A DNA stretch of 63,958 nucleotides, filler included, from Craspedostauros australis (GCA_030167865.1; 8 parts of 8 records of this genome joined end to end with filler, not necessarily neighbours in it); one strand, 5' to 3'; shown: positions 35,432-47,742, counted from the whole stretch's first letter. A program made the numbers and translations. Notes: generated by a model not told the origin, from the sequence alone.

Positions 35432-37030
35432 TTATATTTTGTTAATCTTGCCCTCCTCCTCCAACATCTCCATGGCAGTTTCGAACATGCCTGCGAACAT
35501 GGTGACATCGACAGTCTCAACGTCGCCATCATCGTCATGTCCATTGTCGTCTCTGTTGCCGTCAGCATCATCGTCGTCATCATCATGATCGGCGGGTGTT
35601 TCGCTCTTGCTTTCGTGATTGCGTGGCTTGTCACGTGCAGTTTTGTCCACTTGCTCATTTCCGTCTCCATCGGCGTCATCCTCCGCATCTTCTTGCTTTA
35701 TCCTCTCCAACGGCCCACGCCACTCCATATCCTCTACAGTGAGAATCGATGATTGTCCATGGACGGCCTTCACAATCTCTGCCTGCAACCACTCCAACGC
35801 ATCGTCCGTCCCGTACCACGCTCCCATCTGCTCGCTGTTGCAGTACTCGATCGCCTCCTCCAGAGGTTGGCCTTCGTGAGCCTCCTCGATTTCTTCCGTG
35901 TAATCCATGACGGATTGGAAAGTCTCCGCGAAGGCCAGGTTGTACGCGCAAAAGATGTTCGCCTTGACGGCCTGCACCAGCAGCTGTTCGGTCGTCGCCT
36001 GCGTACTGCCGGCCTCTTCGAGCAGCTTCCAGCTCACGTACTCCACGAGGACTGCCGAATAGCGAATCCAAACGGATGGGTCGGTCGGCGACAGCTTCTC
36101 CCACAGCCTGCGTGCCGAATCGGGACGGTTCGCTTCGAGGTACAATCGCATCAGATGGCATCGTGCCGGCGTAATGGGGTGCGTGGGTGAATCCAACTCC
36201 ATGCATTCCAGGAATGCCTGTCTTGCTGATTTGAATTGCTTGGCCTGCAGGCTGAGCAAGCCGTACTGCATGAGGGAGGCCAAGAATTCGCGGCATGCTG
36301 GTTGCGGGACACTGCCATGGTTGGTTTTGCCTTTCTTGTTCTTCTTTTTGGTGGTGGTTGCGGGGGTGGCGGCGGCGGTATTGGTGTTTTCTTCATCGTC
36401 GTCGCCATCGTTGCCATCGTCGCCGTCGTCGCCGTCGTCGATATCACCGAACTTCCCTTTGCACGTTGCGATGATATTGCGCATGCGCTTCCGCTTGGCA
36501 TTGTCTTCCTCCAACGCCTTGATGTGCGGATCGACGTACCGCGTATCGAAATCGTAGACCTCCCAGGCAGGTCGTGCGGCACCCCTCAATTTCCACGTCT
36601 CGGGTCCCTTGCGGCCCTTCCTCTTCTTCTTGCCTCCATTTTCCATGATCTCCTTCTCTTCCAACCTTTTGCGTTCCGCCTCGGCCGCCGCCTTGCGCTG
36701 CCGCAGCTGCTCTTCGACATCGTCCCATCGTTCCAACCGCTGCCGCTGCTTGTCGAGCTTGCGTTGGATCTGCTTGATCTGCAATCGCAAGACACCGGCC
36801 TGACGCTTCTCCTTGGATCCGCGCGTGAGGATGGCCGATCGTCGTTGGCGTTCGATGAGCTTCTCCTCCGACGTCTTCTTCGTGCTGTTGATCTGCCGCT
36901 TGGCCTTGCGGATGGCATGATCCGTCGAGGACCACAAGCTCGTCGATGAAACGTTGTTGCCACCGCCATCTCTGCCGCGTTTCTTGCCGCCGCCGGTCGT
37001 GGCGGATGACGCCTTTCCTTTCTTGCCCAT
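35432..37030 (-). CDS. Uncharacterised, probably nuclear protein: basic coiled-coil N-terminus, TPR-like helical core, acidic tail
   Basis: 532-aa intronless ORF with coding-like codon use; KKKRKGRK; TPR-like LMQYGLLSLQAKQFKSARQAFLECMELD and LMRLYLEANRPDSARRLWE. Confidence 0.75.
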   Translation of the reverse strand: MGKKGKASSATTGGGKKRGRDGGGNNVSSTSLWSSTDHAIRKAKRQINSTKKTSEEKLIERQRRSAILTRGSKEKRQAGVLRLQIKQIQRKLDKQRQRLERWDDVEEQLRQRKAAAEAERKRLEEKEIMENGGKKKRKGRKGPETWKLRGAARPAWEVYDFDTRYVDPHIKALEEDNAKRKRMRNIIATCKGKFGDIDDGDDGDDGNDGDDDEENTNTAAATPATTTKKKNKKGKTNHGSVPQPACREFLASLMQYGLLSLQAKQFKSARQAFLECMELDSPTHPITPARCHLMRLYLEANRPDSARRLWEKLSPTDPSVWIRYSAVLVEYVSWKLLEEAGSTQATTEQLLVQAVKANIFCAYNLAFAETFQSVMDYTEEIEEAHEGQPLEEAIEYCNSEQMGAWYGTDDALEWLQAEIVKAVHGQSSILTVEDMEWRGPLERIKQEDAEDDADGDGNEQVDKTARDKPRNHESKSETPADHDDDDDDADGNRDDNGHDDDGDVETVDVTMFAGMFETAMEMLEEEGKINKI

Positions 37031-37834
37031 TGTATCCTATTATATTAGATTGATGAGTTGGGTTGTGTCGTTGATTCACAACAAATGATCTTCGAGTGGC
37101 AACATGGACATCTCAATTGCATTGCAACCCATCACATCGCATCACATCGCGTGAAAGAGTTGGTGTTGCTCGTTTGCGGAAAAAGGCGCCAACACGACGA
37201 TTCGTTGGTGAAACGAAGAACAACCACACGGACGTTGGACAGACACATCAGACTCCATCGAACATGTCCTTGATCCATTCGAGTCACGAAAAGAACAAAT
37301 TGTTGGTGACATTGCGAACGCTTCGAACGTATCCGCAATGACCGCATCGTCGCCGTTCTCTCTGGCTTCGCTTCAAACCGTGCTTTGCGCAGAGCACACA
37401 CATCACGAAAACAGTGGCACCACTCAGCACACAACAAGGAAGAGTGGACGCAACACAACACCAGAGACAGACTTTCGAGAGGAATTGCTCCACCCGCTGA
37501 TCCTTGCATTGCAGCTCCAGCCTGCTCCAGATCGTATTCTATTCTATTGCAATTCCTCACCAGCACTGTGCTCACACTACCAGAAGAGGCGGGAGCAGTA
37601 CGGATAGACAGGCGAAGGTCGGAGAAAGAGAGACGTTGCAAGGAATCGCCCGCTTGGTTGGGTTGTCGTTGGACGGCAGAGGACGAGTTGAAACCCGCGA
37701 GACGGCTTGCGAAGCGTTCGCCCATATCCACTGCGATTGCGGGTGGAGGCGACAGCGTCGAGGCCGTCGAGTGCGCAAGGAAAGGAACGTCGCCCAACAA
37801 CAGCATCACATCGCATACATTGAGCGGATCGACG

Positions 37835-39562
37835 ATGAGTTCGCCAGCGCAGCAGCACGGCAACCTCGAACGCCTCCATCATCAGAATGGCAGTCCCGGG
37901 ACTGAATCCACGATGCCGCTCGGACCGTTCTCGTCATTGGCCACCAGGCCACCGCACCGAGGGGGCTCCAAGTCTCCCACGCGAGGTGGCCCTCACCATC
38001 GCGATGGGCGCAACAACCGCCACAAGAGCAAGTCGCGGTCTCCCACGCGCGATGGACACAATCACAACGGCAACCGGCGCAGGGGCAACACCAAATCTCC
38101 CAACCGAAACAGAACCAGGAATCGGAAGCCAGCGAAGATGACGGTCATCGTCAATCGGACGGATCTCTGGGATGCTGCGGCTCAGTTCATTCCGGACGAG
38201 ATCAATCCAGACTTCCTCCCCAAGCACGATCAGGACATGCCCATCAATCAGTACCGATTCGTGCAGCAGGATGCGCTGCCCTCTCAACAGCAGCAGCAAC
38301 AGTCGCAACAGCCTCATCAACACCAGCATCAGCATAGGCACCTTGTTGCCACTACGCACGTCACGCACAGAATCAAGTACGATGCAAACTTCCTGGACAA
38401 AGTCAAGGAGCAATCCAACTTGGAGATCATCGACACCATCACCCCGAATCCTTACCCTCCGGACGTTGTCAAAGACAAGTACTGGGCGCAGCGCAGGCGA
38501 CTCTTCTCTCGCTACGACGACGGCATCTGGATGGATCCGCAGGGCTGGTACTCTGTCACGCCAGAAATCATCGCCGACCACGTCGCGAAGCGCATTGCGC
38601 AGCTCGCATCCACCTGCCACGGCGGCATCACCTTGCTCGACGCCTTCTGCGGATGCGGCGGCAACTCCATCGCGTTTGGAAAGATACCGCCGCACCTCAT
38701 CAAGCAGGTCGTGTGCCTCGACACGGATCGTTCCAAGCTCATCAAGGCCGCGCACAACGCCGCCATCTACGGCATCCCAACCAACAAGCTCGTCTTCGTG
38801 GAATGCAACGCCATCTTCGCCATGCGACATATCTACAAGAATGGCATGTTCATGCTGGATCAGCCCCGCGCTGCCATGCCGCCCTACATGCCACCGCCCG
38901 TGGAGCAAGCCACCTACTCCGGATACAAGATCGGAGGCCTCGAGCTACTGCCACGTCACATCGATGCCATCTTCATGGACCCGCCGTGGGGTGGAGTTGA
39001 CTACGAAGTCGTCGGCAAGAATGGATACTGTCTCGAGAAGCACATGAAAATCAAGGTCTCGCCGGATGATCCCTCCAACAACAACAAGAGCGGTAGCAAC
39101 AATACCAGCGCCAGCAGCCAAGGCCAGAGCTCCACCATCAACAACAAGAAGGACGATTTGGATGCTGGTGACTACGTCAGCAACGACTTCTTCGACACCA
39201 TCTCCAACTCCACCACCAAAAATCAAACATCGCGTTCGCGCAGCAACAGCCATGAACAGCAACTGTCCGCCGAAGCGCGCAAGGCCAACTTCAACAAGCG
39301 CGATGACAACGACAGCGGCGAATTCATCAACGGGGCCGATCTCATCCAGATCGCCGCCGAGGCCACATGCTCGCGCGTCGTCATTTACGACGTGCCACGC
39401 AACATGAACAGACTCTCGTTGGGCAAGTCCGCGCTCAAGGCAGGCTATCACGGCAATATCAAGCTTGAGGAGCACTATCTCAACGGACGGCTCAAAACGG
39501 CAACGGCCTACATGGGCGCGGATTTCACCTTCATGCTGGATCCCAACTTCACGGATGATTAG
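37835..39562 (+). CDS. TGS1: Trimethylguanosine synthase (RNA cap guanine-N2 methyltransferase)
   Basis: KYWAQRRRLFSRYDDGI, GWYSVTPEIIA, LLDAFCGCGGNSI (SAM motif), A.HNAAIYG, PPWGG.DY, NGRLKTATAY. Start inferred at MSSPAQ. Confidence 0.92.
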   Translation: MSSPAQQHGNLERLHHQNGSPGTESTMPLGPFSSLATRPPHRGGSKSPTRGGPHHRDGRNNRHKSKSRSPTRDGHNHNGNRRRGNTKSPNRNRTRNRKPAKMTVIVNRTDLWDAAAQFIPDEINPDFLPKHDQDMPINQYRFVQQDALPSQQQQQQSQQPHQHQHQHRHLVATTHVTHRIKYDANFLDKVKEQSNLEIIDTITPNPYPPDVVKDKYWAQRRRLFSRYDDGIWMDPQGWYSVTPEIIADHVAKRIAQLASTCHGGITLLDAFCGCGGNSIAFGKIPPHLIKQVVCLDTDRSKLIKAAHNAAIYGIPTNKLVFVECNAIFAMRHIYKNGMFMLDQPRAAMPPYMPPPVEQATYSGYKIGGLELLPRHIDAIFMDPPWGGVDYEVVGKNGYCLEKHMKIKVSPDDPSNNNKSGSNNTSASSQGQSSTINNKKDDLDAGDYVSNDFFDTISNSTTKNQTSRSRSNSHEQQLSAEARKANFNKRDDNDSGEFINGADLIQIAAEATCSRVVIYDVPRNMNRLSLGKSALKAGYHGNIKLEEHYLNGRLKTATAYMGADFTFMLDPNFTDD

Positions 39563-39826
39563 GGGAGATCGTAGAATGCGTGTAGTGGCAGTTCTCGTAG
39601 TCAGTACGTATGGTAGAGTAGAACAAATAGGGTAGGAATGGCAACAATATGACAACAGCGCTGAAGAGAGCAACGTGGAGTGAAATAGAGTATTGTCAAA
39701 ACTGAAAGCCAACGTGTTGCTACCAACACTGTGATTATTGATGTGTACCATGTCATGGCATAGTAACAATCTTCTACTTTTCTGTGGCACGACTCCCACT
39801 CCCCCAGTGCTGCCGAGGCAAGCGCT

Positions 39827-40804
39827 CTAAATCACATTCAACATCAACCCGCGACTGATGTGAATCTTGCTCATGTCCTCCACACCATGAATGGTGAATT
39901 CGTCATCAAAGTCTTCGTCATGATCCGAGTCCACTCGCCACTCCTTCTGCGAAAGGCGTTGATGCTGCCTGGTGATGCGCTGCGTGCGTCGACTGTGACT
40001 CACCCACGCAACCGCCACGAACGTCAATCCCACGACGCCGGTTCCCATCATGGCCCAAGAAACCTTCTTCCACATAGATCGAACCACATCACTGTGGGTA
40101 TCGCCTTTTGGCGTCGCTGCAGCCGTTGATGGCGGTGGCGTTGCAGTTGTGGCGATGTCGTCAAGCACCGTGGATGCCTCAGTATCATCTTTGGCTGTTG
40201 TGTCCGTGGCTGTATTCGTAGATGTGCTGTTGCTGCTGTCCGTATCTGCGTCTTCCTTCGGTTGTGTCGTCGTCTGCGCACGTTCCTCGCACGAATTTCC
40301 AGTCCATCCCTCGGGACAGGAGCAGTGATGCTGGCTCGTGCTCTTGGTATCTTCCGCAACACCATCCCGCACGACGCAGGTCCCGCCGTTGAAGCACCGC
40401 TCGGCATCTCCGCAGTTGATATAAGGAACTTCGCAGAATTTGCCGGTGAAATGACCGAAGCACTTGCAGTTGTACAGTTCGCCGTCCGTATCGGAATCGA
40501 CCAACGACTCGGTTTCGGCTTCCGGCGTCTTTTGGCATCGACCTCCGTTGTGGCATGTCAATGGGCAATGGATGGTGCAATGGGAGCCGGAGTATTCCGG
40601 TTTGCAATGGCAGTGCCTGTATCCCATCTTGGAGACGTTGGCGTCCCGGCATGTGCCGCCGTTGGCGCATTCGTCGTCCGTTATGCAAACATCGTGATAG
40701 GCAAAGGAGTCGGTGTATTGAGCGGACGTTGAGATGATGGTGCATTGAAGAAGAAGGAAGAGGGACACGACCAGCTGCAGCGTCGTTGCGGAATGCAGTG
40801 CCAT
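39827..40804 (-). CDS. EGF-like repeat type I membrane protein
   Basis: Signal peptide; three C.NGG.C...C.C..G..G..C EGF repeats; Thr-rich stalk; TM WAMMGTGVVGLTFVAVAWV; basic tail. Confidence 0.85.
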   Translation of the reverse strand: MALHSATTLQLVVSLFLLLQCTIISTSAQYTDSFAYHDVCITDDECANGGTCRDANVSKMGYRHCHCKPEYSGSHCTIHCPLTCHNGGRCQKTPEAETESLVDSDTDGELYNCKCFGHFTGKFCEVPYINCGDAERCFNGGTCVVRDGVAEDTKSTSQHHCSCPEGWTGNSCEERAQTTTQPKEDADTDSSNSTSTNTATDTTAKDDTEASTVLDDIATTATPPPSTAAATPKGDTHSDVVRSMWKKVSWAMMGTGVVGLTFVAVAWVSHSRRTQRITRQHQRLSQKEWRVDSDHDEDFDDEFTIHGVEDMSKIHISRGLMLNVI

Positions 40805-41765
40805 CTTGCTGGATGATAGTGTCTTTGACGCCTGCCGTGATTGCAGTCGCAGTCGCTTTTGTTGGTGTGAGGATGCTTTCATGTTTGGCTCCTGCGCTTG
40901 CGATTGTTGCTGAATGCGACTGATGACTCTGTTCAGGTGTTGCTGGTGGCAGTGTGAGTATGACTGATGATTGTGTGTGTGCTCTGCTTTGCTTCCCGTT
41001 GTTGTGATAGATCTTCCCGATTTGCCTCTTGTTCTGTTGTTGCGAAGTATGTACTCGTACTCGGCGTATGATGTGATGTGATGTGCTCTGTTGCATGCAT
41101 CATCGCCGATCCCATCGTCGTCTGCAACAACTGCTCTGTTGTTCGATTTCATCGCCTCTGCGATTTTGTTGAACAAAACATGAGGCCGAAAATGTGGACG
41201 TGATTCATCGCATCAACAAGTCTTGCGAGACATGTATGAGACATTGATCAGACATTTCGAAAACAATGCAAAAAAGGAATCAAACGGTCGCGATTTGAAT
41301 GTACACTTTAAATAGTATCAAAGAGAACAGCTTCTGAATACCAATAAGAGGGTATGCTACAACTTGACTTTTCTGACGCCAATCAATTCGACAGCATGAT
41401 GGCCAACACAGAAAAAAGAGAACGTGGAAGTGTGCCAAAACATCAACATCAACAACAACAACACATCAACAGAAAAAACGAACACCACCTCATCCGGAGA
41501 TGGTTGTGGTGGCCGCTTGTCATCTCTCTCCGTCTGTCTACCACTCATCTGCTGATGCATACCTCCAATCGTGCAACATCAAGAGAGACCAACAACAGCA
41601 TTCGACTCACAGCCTTCTCGTATTAGTGCATCAACAATCGCAGCGATTGCGATAGCTAGCAGAAAACGGAGCCACACATCCAATCCAATCCAATCCCATC
41701 ATACAAGACACAAGATCTCAGCCAGACGATAGACGATAGACGATACCATTCCACTCAGACCCACC

Positions 41766-43736
41766 ATGACGAGACAAACGAGCAGCACCTCATGGTGCAC
41801 AACGCGGTCGATCATGAGATCCGCTGCGATGCTTTCGATGATCACATCGTCGGTGGCTTTCCTCCCGAGATCTCCTCCGCAGCACTTACTCAGCAGAAAC
41901 GGTCTCGAACCGGCCGCAGCCAACCATCAGACGGCACTTTCGCTGCAGACGAATGACAACGACCCTGTCTTTCAGGTGGGAGATCATTCCAGCGATGATG
42001 CGGACGATGGACATTCCGCGCAGCCGCAGCAACGACCCATCGATGCCATGATGGAATTCGCCAACACGGCGGATGATGACATGGCTGGCATGTCCTTCTT
42101 TGAAGAGGATGGCGATGAGGCGAACCTCATGATGGACGGCGACACCGACGTGGAGGGTGATGGAGAGTTCACCGCATTCACACGTGATGAGGACGACATC
42201 CTCACAGAACGCGAAGATCGTCTCTACGTCGATGAAAAAGGCATCCGACGCAAGGTGGAACGCTGCATTCTGATCGGCGTCGAAGACTTGGGACTGCAGC
42301 GCAAAGCGAAGCGGTCGGAACGCTACTACAACCCGTTGGAGAATGGGCAGGATGCGCCAGTCTTCACACTGGAGGAGTCCCTGATCGAGATGCGGGAGTT
42401 AATCCGCACGGCCGGTATGGAGATCGGCGCCGAGATCACGCAGCGACTGCAGGAGATCAATCCCAAGACATACGTCGGCACAGGCAAGGTGCAGGAGGCC
42501 AAGGCGCTGATGGAGGAGCAAGGATGTTGCACGATCGTCTTCGATGCGGAACTCAGCCCTGGCCAGCAAAAGACCCTCGAGAACACCTTCAATCGCAAGC
42601 TGCTGCAGAATGATTTTCTCGTCTCCGAGCGTGAGATCAAGGTCGTCGACCGCACCGCGCTCATTCTAGACATCTTCGCACAGCACGCCAAGACGAAGGA
42701 AGGTAAGCTGCAGGTCGACCTCGCACTGCACGAGTACCGCAAGCCAAGGCTCACCAAGATGTGGACGCATTTGGAACGCCAATCCGGCGCCGGCGGCGTC
42801 GGTCTGCGAGGACCTGGAGAATCGCAGCTCGAGATCGACAAGCGTCTCGTGCGCGACCGCATCATCGTCCTCAAGGAGAAGATCAACAACGTCCAGAAGC
42901 AGCGTGCCATGCATCGCAGAGGTCGATCGCGAACGGGCCTGCCAATCCTCTCCCTCGTGGGCTACACGAACGCCGGCAAGTCGACGATGCTCAACTACCT
43001 CACGCGAGCCGGTGTCATGGCCGAATCCATGCTCTTCGCCACCCTCGACCCCACGACGCGCAAGGTCAAGCTTCCGGGATACAAGACACATCCGGAGGTG
43101 CTGCTCACGGACACCGTCGGGTTCATCCAGAAGCTCCCCACCCATCTCGTCGCGGCCTTCCGCGCCACCTTGGAGGAAGTCCGGGAGGCCGATGTCCTCG
43201 TCCATGTCATCGACGTGTCCAACCCGGCGTGGGACAAGCAGGAACGGGCCGTGCGCAAGGTTCTGGCAGACATCGATGCCAGCGACAAGCCCATGGTGCG
43301 CGTCTTCAACAAGATCGACCTGCTCGACGAAGATGACGCCGAGTACCTGAGGTACGAAGCCGCCATGGCGGAAAACACGGTGGCCGTGTCGTCCCTGCAC
43401 GGAGACGGTTTGCAGGACTTCGTGGCGGTCGTCGAAGATGCGTTGGCCGATTTGCTGGTGCCAATCGAGCTGGAGCTGCCGTACAGTCTGGGCGATGAGC
43501 TCAATCTCATCCACGAACAAGGCAACGTCGAGACGATCGATTACCGACCGCAGGGGACCTACGTGATGGGCAGAGTTCCCCAGTCGATCGCCAACCGTCT
43601 GCAGCAGTACAGCGTGGCCTCCGATGAGGGGATGGGACAAGCATCGGCTGTTGCGACGGGTGGTGGTGACAACGATAATGACGATGGGATCGACTGGGTG
43701 GCCCTTGGACGTGGCAGGCACAAGCAGCGAAGCTAG
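41766..43736 (+). CDS. hflX: GTPase HflX, probably plastid-targeted
   Basis: [36 protein letters not shown]1 GYTNAGKS, G2 LFATLDPT, G3 DTVGFI, G4 NKID; SVA-FLP resembles the ASAFAP cleavage motif. Confidence 0.96.
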   Translation: MTRQTSSTSWCTTRSIMRSAAMLSMITSSVAFLPRSPPQHLLSRNGLEPAAANHQTALSLQTNDNDPVFQVGDHSSDDADDGHSAQPQQRPIDAMMEFANTADDDMAGMSFFEEDGDEANLMMDGDTDVEGDGEFTAFTRDEDDILTEREDRLYVDEKGIRRKVERCILIGVEDLGLQRKAKRSERYYNPLENGQDAPVFTLEESLIEMRELIRTAGMEIGAEITQRLQEINPKTYVGTGKVQEAKALMEEQGCCTIVFDAELSPGQQKTLENTFNRKLLQNDFLVSEREIKVVDRTALILDIFAQHAKTKEGKLQVDLALHEYRKPRLTKMWTHLERQSGAGGVGLRGPGESQLEIDKRLVRDRIIVLKEKINNVQKQRAMHRRGRSRTGLPILSLVGYTNAGKSTMLNYLTRAGVMAESMLFATLDPTTRKVKLPGYKTHPEVLLTDTVGFIQKLPTHLVAAFRATLEEVREADVLVHVIDVSNPAWDKQERAVRKVLADIDASDKPMVRVFNKIDLLDEDDAEYLRYEAAMAENTVAVSSLHGDGLQDFVAVVEDALADLLVPIELELPYSLGDELNLIHEQGNVETIDYRPQGTYVMGRVPQSIANRLQQYSVASDEGMGQASAVATGGGDNDNDDGIDWVALGRGRHKQRS

Positions 43737-44607
43737 ACGGCATACTCAAATGGGTAGAATGAAGTGCACACTACGTGCACTCTCTCTCTCGAACGAACGA
43801 AAGACGACGACAACGACCAACTACTTACGTATTCCATCATGACGCTTAGACAGCATTCATCCACGTACGTACATGCAATCGTGTGTGCGTGTGTGTTTTC
43901 TGCCGTTGCGCAATACTCTTCACCTGTATGCTTGCCTGCATGTTGCTGCAATCACACGAAACATAATATTGCAGAGTAGGAGTACTCTAGTCTTTCCTTC
44001 TCACTTTCTGAAGCACAATCCGACGACTGCATACTGACACCATGACCTTGATTCCGAGTGGACTTCCAGGGCAGAGCGGCATGGACTCCATCTACGAATT
44101 GAAGTGTCTCCGATCGTTCCATCTTACTTTGGGCTGCCTCTCTTGTGACATTTCCTCCCGTGGGCGTTGTACGTGCGAATGGCCTCGTCTCCGTCGCATC
44201 TTTCAGTCTATGGACATAGTACATACTCGGAGGTTGACACCGATACAACGGATCGTGTGGGAGTGCCGAGCCAGCCCAATTTCAGGTTTGCCGCAAAACC
44301 TGAGAATGTTGCGAGAGACTCGATCGTGTTACCTGCACCANNNNNNNNNNNNNNNNNNNNNNNNNNNNNNNNNNNNNNNNNNNNTTAATTAATTAANNNN
44401 NNNNNNNNNNNNNNNNNNNNNNNNNNNNNNNNNNNNNNNNCTGTCGTCATCGTCGTCGTGGTTGGTTTCCATCTCTCGTTAAGTGCATGGTACATACGTG
44501 CATACAAACTACCCGTATCGTGTGTACGAGTATGCATGTATGTATGTACCGCTCAATAGATGCAGATATGGCATACGTCCACAGAGTATACGTATCCATC
44601 CATCCAT

Positions 44608-47600
44608 CTATCGGAGAACACTGGCTGGAGGCTTCAACTCGAACTCATCAAACACGATCTTCAGGACGCGCTTGCGGACCATGGAGTTGTACGACAGCTG
44701 GTTGATCGTCAGGGCGACCGTCAGCTTCACATCGGGGATGCAGATCACCAGGCTTCCACCCAAGCCTGGATGACCGAACGACTGCACCTTGCGGCCTTCG
44801 TACTCGAACTCGTGGACGACAAGTCCGAGGCCGAAGAAGGCGGAAGAATCATTCAGCAAGGCGTGGACTGCCGTCTGGGCATCTCCCTGCTGCTGCTGGG
44901 CCATGGCGATGGTCTCGTTGGTGAGGGATCGCTCCTTCATGATGATGTCGTCCATGACCTTCGCCAGAGACGATGCGGATGCGTGCATGTTGGCGGATGG
45001 GAGTTTGGCGCTCCTCACCTTCCTCATGTTGTACATGGTGGGTGTCATGAGCTGCTTGCGCCCGGCGTACTTGGCGAGGATCTTCTTGTGGTTGATGCTG
45101 GGCTTGGTTGGTGTCGAGGCTGCTGCTGATGGTGCGGCGACTGCCTTCGTTGGCGATGAGGCTGCTGCTGCTGGCTTGATTGGTGCGGTGGCGGCCTCCA
45201 TCGCCTTCTTGCGCTCGGCCTCCTGCTTGAGCTTCATCTGCTTCATCTTCTCTCGCTTGGCGGCTTCGGCTGCGGCGTTGTTCAGCTGGGCCAAGTCGGC
45301 ATGGTGGACAGACAGGACCGCCAGCTCGTCGTTGTCGATGTCCTCCGGCAGTCCTCCAGCGTGGAGGTTGAACTCCTCGTCGCTGTCGGGATCGGCGAGG
45401 ACGCTCTTGAGGTACTGGTCGTACGGCTGCTTCGTCACCGCCTCGATGAGGCCTCCGCACAGCCATGCGAGGGACAGGTAGTGGTACTTGGTCTGCTGAC
45501 CGCATGGGTACTGGGTGCCCGTGCTCTCCATGAACTTCTTCATGCTGTCCCAGTCCAGCATCTCATCCAGACTGCCGTCGCGTGGCATGGCGTTGGGCAT
45601 TCCGCTCTGGTGAGACAGGACGTATCGGACCGTGATGTCCTTCTTGCCGAACTCTGGCCAGTACGTGGCGACTGGCTCATCCAGATCGATCTTGCCATCC
45701 TGGACGAGCCGCAGGACGCCGATGGCCAGGTAGGCCTTGCCGACGGAGAAGACGTTGAAGAGGGTGGATGGGGTGACGGGGCGTGGGTTGGCGGTTCCCA
45801 ACACACCTGCGGCGACGTTCACGCGCTCCTCCCCACCCACGCGGACGTTGAGCTGGAGGCCCACCATGCTGCCTTCCTTCTGGACGTCCGCGATCGCACC
45901 CTCCAGCTTCTCGCGCAGGGCGTCGCTGGAGACGGATGATCGATCGTGGACCAGGGACTTGGCGCGATCCTGGGTGGGGACCGACTCGCAGATGGTGGTT
46001 CGGGCGGCCTTGGCCATGGTGTTCAGGTACGGGTACTTGACGTCGAGGTAGGAGCAGAGTCCGCGGAGGAGGTTGCTCACTCGGGCGAAGAAGATGAGCT
46101 CCGCTGGCCATGCGTCGATGGGGTTGCGCAGGCTGTCGTGCTCACCCAGACCCTGCTCCTTCTTCATGGCGGCGACGCGCGCCTGGTACTCGTGGGAGAG
46201 TCGCTTCTGGACCTTCTTGGCCTTGGACTGGGGGATGGTCGTGTGGAAGGTCTGCTGCAGGGTCACGAGATCCTCGAATGGATCGTGTCTGTTCATCTTC
46301 ACTCCCATCTCATCGAAGCTTCGCGTCAGCTCATCGGCATCGCCGACATCGGTCGCGTGCATGAGACGGGACAGACCGAGCTTCATCTTGTGATCGAAGC
46401 GCTTGGTGAGTCCAAAGTCCAGCAGGACCGGCACGGAGCCGTCCTTGCCTGGCGCGGTCGAGACGAGGATGTTCCCGGCGTGCGGATCCGTGTTGAAGAC
46501 ACCTCCGACGTGCATCTGGACTGCCCATGCTGTGCAGATGCGCTCCAGCAGCAGCTTGCGGTCGACGTTGTGCTTCTTCATGGCCTTGATGTTGCGGACG
46601 GAGAATCCGTCGCAGAACTCCATCACCAGGACGCGCTCCGTGACGAGGCCTGGGATGGCCCTTGGCACGATGACATCGACCTTGTTCTCTGCCATCAGCA
46701 GTCGGACCTCGTTCATGTTGACGGCCTCTGCGCGGAAGTCGAGCTCCTTCTCCACCTCCATCGAGTACTCCTTGACGACGGACTCGAAGTCGAGGTCTGG
46801 CTCGAAGCGGGCGAGGAACTCCATGATGATGTGAAGGTTCTCAACATCCTGTCTCATCAACGAGGCCACGCCTCGGTGCTGCACCTTGATGGCGACCTCC
46901 TGTCCGTTGGTGAGCTTGGCGCGGTGTACCTGCGCCAGCGACGCTGTGGACAGGGAGACGGGGTCGATGGATTCGATGGACTTGAACTGGACGGGCGTGA
47001 GCTCTTCATGGAGCGTGGCCATGATGTCGTTGTCGAAGCTGCGTTCCGGCAGATCATCCTGCAGGGCCGACAGCTCCTGGACGAACTCGAGGGGCATGAC
47101 ATCGGCGCGGGAGCTGAGGTATTGTCCGACCTTGATCCAGAATCCTTCGAGGGTCTTGATCTGGTCTGTGAGGCGCTGTGCGGTCTTGCGGTTGGCGAGG
47201 CTCCAGAAGTGGACGATGTCTGGATGTTCCTCGGCCTGGGCGTCGGTGAGGTTGAGGGATTGCTGGATGCGGGATGCTTCGCGCTTGGCGAATTGGTACT
47301 CGATGAAGGTCTGGATGGCCATGCGGTAGACGCTGATGCGGCGGAGCTGCTTGGCGAGGAAGCTTGGCTCATCGTGTGTCGAGTTGTTGTTGATTTTGTT
47401 GTTGGCGTTGCTGCTGCTGCTGCTGCCGTTGTCGATGATGGAGAGGATGGCATCGTCCGACTTGGTGTTTCCGTTGGCCACTTGTCGATCGGCGGTGAGG
47501 ACGACGAGGATGACGGCGAGGAGTGTTGAGACGAAGAAGATGAGCATGGCATCAAGCATGTCCTTGAGGTTGGCGAGCATGTTGGGGAGCTCATCGGAGT

Positions 47601-47742
47601 ATTCTTGCAGCTTGGCCTTGAGAGTTGGGGGCGAAGTTGTCTTCATGATGGATACCGTCTTCGAGCAGCATGCGGATGAGGAAGGGCAGCATGAGGAAGC
47701 GGCGCATGAAGGGGAGGAGGAGGAGGAGGTATAGTCTTGCAT
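44608..47742 (-). CDS. ABC1K - beta-lactamase-like fusion, copy 3 (with 1.1 kb of extra upstream sequence)
   Basis: Reverse complement of copy 1; identical translation. Confidence 0.92.
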   Translation of the reverse strand: MQDYTSSSSSPSCAASSCCPSSSACCSKTVSIMKTTSPPTLKAKLQEYSDELPNMLANLKDMLDAMLIFFVSTLLAVILVVLTADRQVANGNTKSDDAILSIIDNGSSSSSNANNKINNNSTHDEPSFLAKQLRRISVYRMAIQTFIEYQFAKREASRIQQSLNLTDAQAEEHPDIVHFWSLANRKTAQRLTDQIKTLEGFWIKVGQYLSSRADVMPLEFVQELSALQDDLPERSFDNDIMATLHEELTPVQFKSIESIDPVSLSTASLAQVHRAKLTNGQEVAIKVQHRGVASLMRQDVENLHIIMEFLARFEPDLDFESVVKEYSMEVEKELDFRAEAVNMNEVRLLMAENKVDVIVPRAIPGLVTERVLVMEFCDGFSVRNIKAMKKHNVDRKLLLERICTAWAVQMHVGGVFNTDPHAGNILVSTAPGKDGSVPVLLDFGLTKRFDHKMKLGLSRLMHATDVGDADELTRSFDEMGVKMNRHDPFEDLVTLQQTFHTTIPQSKAKKVQKRLSHEYQARVAAMKKEQGLGEHDSLRNPIDAWPAELIFFARVSNLLRGLCSYLDVKYPYLNTMAKAARTTICESVPTQDRAKSLVHDRSSVSSDALREKLEGAIADVQKEGSMVGLQLNVRVGGEERVNVAAGVLGTANPRPVTPSTLFNVFSVGKAYLAIGVLRLVQDGKIDLDEPVATYWPEFGKKDITVRYVLSHQSGMPNAMPRDGSLDEMLDWDSMKKFMESTGTQYPCGQQTKYHYLSLAWLCGGLIEAVTKQPYDQYLKSVLADPDSDEEFNLHAGGLPEDIDNDELAVLSVHHADLAQLNNAAAEAAKREKMKQMKLKQEAERKKAMEAATAPIKPAAAASSPTKAVAAPSAAASTPTKPSINHKKILAKYAGRKQLMTPTMYNMRKVRSAKLPSANMHASASSLAKVMDDIIMKERSLTNETIAMAQQQQGDAQTAVHALLNDSSAFFGLGLVVHEFEYEGRKVQSFGHPGLGGSLVICIPDVKLTVALTINQLSYNSMVRKRVLKIVFDEFELKPPASVLR

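Noticed and set aside
43952..44340. Possible gene tail at the end of contig 2
   Set aside because: All minus-strand frames hit stops within a short distance and show no recognisable motif.
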